IMG/VR virus record: IMGVR_UViG_3300033388_007730
Span: 1-64,000 of that record
Direction: 5' to 3' (one strand)
DNA: 64,000 nt
This document shows, piece after piece, positions 59,709 to 64,000 of the stretch (position 1 is its first letter; the number at the start of each line of letters is the position of its first letter). Made by a program: the position numbers and the translations under genes. Below the pieces are notes generated by a model. The model had not been told where the DNA came from. It was given only the letters and a program-made list of their open reading frames with translations, and made no database searches.

Positions 59709-60338
59709 ATGGAAAAAACAAAACATCCACTTATAGAAGCGATTTTAAAAGAGAAAAAGATAACAGATTTTTTAGAATCCAGGGGAATACATCCTACTCG
59801 CAAGAGTGGTGATAGGCTGGTATATCTATGCCCAATTCATAAGGGAGATAGTATTCCTTCATTCATTGTGTCTAATGATAGGAAAGAGTATCAAACTTAT
59901 AAGTGTTTTGGATGTCATTCAGGTAATGATATAATAAATTTAGTATGTGATCTGGATAATGTATCTATTAAACAAGCAATTAGAATATTGTCTAAGGGCA
60001 TAAGTGTTGAACAAGGGGATATAACTGATTCTTTTGTTAGTGAATCTGCTAAAATTATTGAAAGGGAATTGAAGGATTCTAAAGAATTAGAAATATCTAT
60101 GTTAAAAACAGGTGTTTTTTGTAGAGATCATTTAAGTAAATGGTACGATGAAGAAGAGGTTGAATTTTGTCTTAATATGTATAAAATATTAGATAAGGTT
60201 ATTAGACTTAATGATATTGAAGACTTAGAAAGAATGTATAAAATATTATGTGAAAAAGGTTTTCCGGAAAGAAGGAAATTTTGTCTGGAAAGAAAAGAGA
60301 AGAGAATTTTGAATAAGGTTAAAGCATGGAAAATATAG
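59709..60338 (+). CDS. Primase-type CHC2 zinc-finger protein without a catalytic TOPRIM domain
   Basis: LCPIH..D..PSF.V...YKCFGC...D.I.LV; only about 209 aa. Confidence 0.85.
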   Translation: MEKTKHPLIEAILKEKKITDFLESRGIHPTRKSGDRLVYLCPIHKGDSIPSFIVSNDRKEYQTYKCFGCHSGNDIINLVCDLDNVSIKQAIRILSKGISVEQGDITDSFVSESAKIIERELKDSKELEISMLKTGVFCRDHLSKWYDEEEVEFCLNMYKILDKVIRLNDIEDLERMYKILCEKGFPERRKFCLERKEKRILNKVKAWKI

Positions 60339-60745
60339 AAATAAGAATAGATTTTTCAGACATTACTTTATCTGAGACAGATGGAGTATATGAAGATGTT
60401 AAAAAGATAATGGCAGAAGAAAATATTAATTATGACAAGTGGGTTCTTAGAAGTGATATAACTATTATGAGTCCTAGCGGAGTGGGTTCTATGGAAATTC
60501 AATGTCATGGAGATGGTAGCGTACATATTTTAAAATATGTTCCATCAATAGCTGATGTATTTTATAATAATGATATCCAGGCTATTTCTTCATGGGCACA
60601 AGAAAATGGATGGAAAATTCCTCAACCAAAATATACATTAGTGGAAGATAATAAACAATTTTGGAAATATTTCTGGGATACATTGGTAATTGATAGCGAT
60701 TATCTCGATAAGTTATATGGGAAGAGGGAACAATTAGGAGCTTAA
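60326..60745 (+). CDS. Hypothetical protein (139 aa)
   Basis: Lies in the operon; AAGG RBS. Confidence 0.7.
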   Translation: MENIEIRIDFSDITLSETDGVYEDVKKIMAEENINYDKWVLRSDITIMSPSGVGSMEIQCHGDGSVHILKYVPSIADVFYNNDIQAISSWAQENGWKIPQPKYTLVEDNKQFWKYFWDTLVIDSDYLDKLYGKREQLGA

Positions 60746-60746
60746 G

Positions 60747-61090
60747 ATGATAAAAAAAGAAGTTGAAGTTGTAAAAAAACTAGTTTATCAAGATGTTGTG
60801 ATAAATGTCATGTCAAAATATATGAAGTGCAAAGCAGTGCTTTTCAGTATCCAGGAACATTTTGTAAAATGTGTAAAATTGATTTATGCAAGATACATAG
60901 GAATGAAGATCCTACATTAGAGGAATATGAAAGAAAAAAAACTGAAGAAATTTATTGTGATGATTGTTTTAGAATTGTAGAAAAACCTCTATATAAATTA
61001 AAAGAGTTGAAAGAAGAATATGATCAGAAGGTTCAGGTAATACGTTTAAAAATGAGAAGAGAATGTGATAAATTAAAGGAAGAGAAATGA
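60747..61090 (+). CDS. Cys-rich zinc-finger protein requiring a -1 shift at the A7 tract (60773-60779)
   Basis: AGGAG-ATG at 60747 (MIKKEVEVVKK). The -1 frame gives TSLSRCCDKC...CKMC...C..H...CDDC, in frame with track ORF 60827. Confidence 0.55.
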
Positions 61091-62073
61091 GTAATCTTGC
61101 GATATTTTGTGGTTCAGCAAATCCGGAGTTGGTAAAAGGAATTTGTGATTCAATTGGTGTTCAAATGAGAAATGCTAAAATATCTCATTTCCCAGATGGA
61201 GAGACAATGGTGAAAGTTGAAAATGATGTAAGAGGAAATGATTGTTTCATTATACAATCTACATCTCCACCAGTTAATGAGAATATTATGGAATTATTAA
61301 TTTATATTGATTGCTTGAAGAGAGCATCTGCTAAGAGTATTACTGCCGTGATACCTTATTTTGGATATGCTCGACAGGACAGAAAAGCAGAAGGTAGAAC
61401 ACCTATTACTGCTAGAATGGTGGCTGATCTCTTGTCCCAATCTGGAATAAATAGAGTTCTTACAATAGATTTACATGCTAAACAGATAGAAGGATTTTTT
61501 AACATACCAGTTGATCATCTTACAGCAAGACCTGTTTTTATGAAGTATCTTAAATCTTGGGATATGACAGATACTGTTGTATTGTCTCCTGATGTTGGGA
61601 ATATGAAAATAGCTAATGATTACGCACAAGAGTTGGGTACTGACATTGCGGTTATAGATAAAAGAAGAGTGAATGGAGAGAAAGTAGAGTCTTCTACTAT
61701 TGTTGGAAATGTATCAGGTAAATCTGTATTGATATTTGATGATATGATATCAACTGCTGGAACAATTGTTGCCGCAACTGAACTGGCTAAGAAAAAAGGG
61801 TGTGTAAGAGTCTCTGTAGTTGCTACTCATGGATTATTTTGTGGTGGCGCGATAGAAAAAATAACAGAATCCTGTATCGACACAATCATCGTTTCTGACA
61901 CAATACCGTTGAATAAGGCGATGAAAGATATGATAGAAAGTGGAAATAATGAAAAATTTCCAAAAATAAAAATAATTTCTCTTGCAAAATTGCTAGGAGA
62001 GGCTATAATACGTATATATGATGAAAGATCAATAAGCGTATTGTTAGAAAGTGATTATGATTTTGGTGTGTAA
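61087..62073 (+). CDS. prs: Ribose-phosphate pyrophosphokinase (PRPP synthetase)
   Basis: FPDGE, DVRG, PYFGYARQDRK, DLHA.QI.GFF, SPDVG, DKRR, DDMISTAGT, ATHG. Confidence 0.97.
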   Translation: MSNLAIFCGSANPELVKGICDSIGVQMRNAKISHFPDGETMVKVENDVRGNDCFIIQSTSPPVNENIMELLIYIDCLKRASAKSITAVIPYFGYARQDRKAEGRTPITARMVADLLSQSGINRVLTIDLHAKQIEGFFNIPVDHLTARPVFMKYLKSWDMTDTVVLSPDVGNMKIANDYAQELGTDIAVIDKRRVNGEKVESSTIVGNVSGKSVLIFDDMISTAGTIVAATELAKKKGCVRVSVVATHGLFCGGAIEKITESCIDTIIVSDTIPLNKAMKDMIESGNNEKFPKIKIISLAKLLGEAIIRIYDERSISVLLESDYDFGV

Positions 62074-62094
62074 TAATATATAAGGAGGCAGAAA

Positions 62095-62685
62095 ATGTCT
62101 ATAGAAGAAAAAAAGAAACCATTGGAGTTTATTTTCACTCCAGATAATGTTCCTGGACCTATAGGCTCAGGGGATTATGAAATAGTTTATAATCCAGATT
62201 ACCAATCTAGTGGTAGTATTATGGATTTGTATCCACTCAACATAACCAACAGTGGACAAAGTATTTGTTGCCCAATTGAGTTATTTACTGAGGTGATTGA
62301 TTTTTTAACAGAGAAAGGAATTATAGAGGGGAAGGTAAAGGAAACGAATCTTGTTCAGACTAAAATTATTTCTACAATTCCATTACCAGTTATAGATGGT
62401 GTTGGTGAGACAGTTCTTGGTCAAGAAGGTTCATCTTCTGTACAACCTTTTACATCTTTTGATGAGACTGATACTGAAATGAATGATATATTGACACCTG
62501 ATGATGAGTCTGTTAAAGATGTAGCATCTATAAAAGTTGGAGATAAAGAAGCAGCTTCTGAAGAAATTGTTTCTAGACCAGTAATACGAACTAGAGTTGG
62601 TGATAGTGAAGATCCTCAACAGGCAGAGAAAGATGCTGCTGTTATGAGGGGTAATGCAGAAAGTAATTTTAGAAGGACTGATTAA
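62095..62685 (+). CDS. Hypothetical acidic protein (196 aa)
   Basis: AAGGAGG RBS. Confidence 0.75.
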   Translation: MSIEEKKKPLEFIFTPDNVPGPIGSGDYEIVYNPDYQSSGSIMDLYPLNITNSGQSICCPIELFTEVIDFLTEKGIIEGKVKETNLVQTKIISTIPLPVIDGVGETVLGQEGSSSVQPFTSFDETDTEMNDILTPDDESVKDVASIKVGDKEAASEEIVSRPVIRTRVGDSEDPQQAEKDAAVMRGNAESNFRRTD

Positions 62686-62900
62686 TGGAGTACAAATGTA
62701 CGACAGTTCCTATTAATAAACTTATTTCTACGCCATCTGGCTTTGTAATGCCAATGTGTCAAGAATGTAAAACAATTGATTGTGATAATCCAATAGAGTC
62801 TAAGAATATTAGTGTACTAGGCGTTAATAAAAATATAAAAGTGTTCGTAAGAGGAACCCAAATTTCTTTTGTTGTTAATTGTAATGGATACACAAAATGA
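62685..62900 (+). CDS. Small Cys-rich protein
   Basis: C...CQEC...C...C; coupled on both sides. Confidence 0.65.
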   Translation: MEYKCTTVPINKLISTPSGFVMPMCQECKTIDCDNPIESKNISVLGVNKNIKVFVRGTQISFVVNCNGYTK

Positions 62901-63703
62901 GTGCAAGAATTAGTAAAGCTAGACAAACAAGTAGAATTGGAAAGCAAAGAGAAAAAAAACAAGATGAATTCTCTAAGCATCAAAAAAGTATGGCTAAAAT
63001 TAAAGCGAGTCCTAATACTCAAAAGATAAGTTATCCCATATATAAGGAGGCTTATGAATATGTGGATAATTTGTTTCCAGGTTCTGAAGTAAAGAAAGTT
63101 GGTATCTATAAAGTGAGTCCTACTTATCTCACTAAATTGGGATATGGTGGTTGCGGTGGTTTTTATTGTAGGTACTCGAAGGTGATTGTAATTTCATCCT
63201 GGTTTCCAGTGGATAAAAGAAGATATCCATCTAGATATAATTTTAGTATCAAAGCTAAAATAACTAAAGATGAAGTGATAGCACATGAATTGCTTCATTA
63301 TTGTTTTGTAGAAGAGGGTGGCAATTCTAATAGTAGAGAAATAAATGAAGAGTTTGCTTATGGTTGGTCAATTGGATATTTAAGATTTAAAGGACATTCA
63401 GACGATTTTATTATAACAAAGAATTTTTATCCATTCTTGGTAGAGATTATGTCTAAACAGGCTTTAGATTATGTTTTACATTTGGATGGTAGTACCAGAG
63501 CTGAATATAATAAATTTTCTAAATTCAAGCAAAGGGAATTTTTTAGAAAATATGGAATAAAATGGCATAATAAAAGAAAAGAATTAGCATATGAATATGG
63601 GGAAGATCTCATTGAGTTATATGATAGAAAAGCATCAGAGGGAACTCACTGCACTAAAGAAGTTACAAAAACTGACCGATTTGATCTAATGGATCTAGAT
63701 TAG
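62897..63703 (+). CDS. Putative zincin metallopeptidase-domain protein with C-terminal tag DRFDLMDLD
   Basis: GGFY strand, VIAHELLHY (HExxH) and downstream NEEFAY (third ligand E). Confidence 0.7.
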   Translation: MSARISKARQTSRIGKQREKKQDEFSKHQKSMAKIKASPNTQKISYPIYKEAYEYVDNLFPGSEVKKVGIYKVSPTYLTKLGYGGCGGFYCRYSKVIVISSWFPVDKRRYPSRYNFSIKAKITKDEVIAHELLHYCFVEEGGNSNSREINEEFAYGWSIGYLRFKGHSDDFIITKNFYPFLVEIMSKQALDYVLHLDGSTRAEYNKFSKFKQREFFRKYGIKWHNKRKELAYEYGEDLIELYDRKASEGTHCTKEVTKTDRFDLMDLD

Positions 63704-63727
63704 AAGGTCTTCATATCGGAGACAACT

Positions 63728-64000
63728 ATGAGCTACGAACATAATTTTGATGAAAAAATTGTGGTATTTCCAGATGAAGAAAATTATCTAAAATGTAAAT
63801 TAGCATATTTAGAATATGAAAAGGGATTTGAAGAGAGTGAGACTCATTTTTCTTTTTTGGAATATATACAAGGTTCTTGGCAGAGTAATTTAATGGGTTG
63901 GGTGGTAGAAGAGATTAAAGATAATGATACAGCTTTTCAAACTTACACTTTTTCTGTAGATTGGTCAGATTCAGCAAATGATAGTTGGAGTAGCTCTTCA
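63728..64000 (+). CDS. Hypothetical protein, 3'-truncated by the window
   Basis: GGAG RBS; MSYEHNFDEKIVVFPDE... open to the window end. Confidence 0.7.
   Translation, partial: MSYEHNFDEKIVVFPDEENYLKCKLAYLEYEKGFEESETHFSFLEYIQGSWQSNLMGWVVEEIKDNDTAFQTYTFSVDWSDSANDSWSSSS

Noticed and set aside
2848-63022. Short antisense or alternate-frame ORFs in the track (e.g. 4022, 5615, 9072, 29072, 38600, 52809, 56523, 59570)
   Set aside because: They are shadows of long, well-supported genes, lack RBSs and have atypical composition.
1-64000. Genome-wide stop-codon reassignment (TAG or TGA) suggested by in-frame stops in small genes
   Set aside because: Genes of 1000-2000 codons contain no internal TAG or TGA, and both codons terminate many genes, often with ATGA overlaps.
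1-64000. tRNA or rRNA genes
   Set aside because: Intergenic gaps are short and none shows a cloverleaf or T-loop signature by eye; tRNAscan was not run.

Overview
AT-rich, gene-dense segment that reads as part of a large (jumbo/huge) bacteriophage genome using the standard genetic code. (1) 1-44.8 kb is a co-oriented array of very large, acidic, beta-rich proteins with FN3/Ig, LamG, beta-propeller, Kelch and vWA modules, most likely virion tail/adsorption components. A free-standing HNH homing-endonuclease element and a GT4 glycosyltransferase interrupt it. (2) 44.8-50.5 kb is an accessory island with three more glycosyltransferases, an unannotated RHH regulator and small genes, several of them disrupted. 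(3) 50.6-64 kb is a replication/host-takeover block: SF2 helicase, IF-3, Ycf46-like AAA ATPase, degenerate DnaC-like loader, DnaB, a stand-alone primase zinc finger and PRPP synthetase. The main observations are: a C-terminal peptide tag (T/S/D)-RF-(E/D/R)-(L/V)-M-(D/E)-(L/I)-(D)-stop on six ORFs from at least four unrelated families; an HNH element that brought a recoded copy of its target gene's 3' end and has a kissing-loop two-hairpin leader; a vWA/MIDAS domain apparently split between two adjacent giant genes; and candidate programmed frameshifts. Product calls come from motif recognition by eye; no database searches were run.
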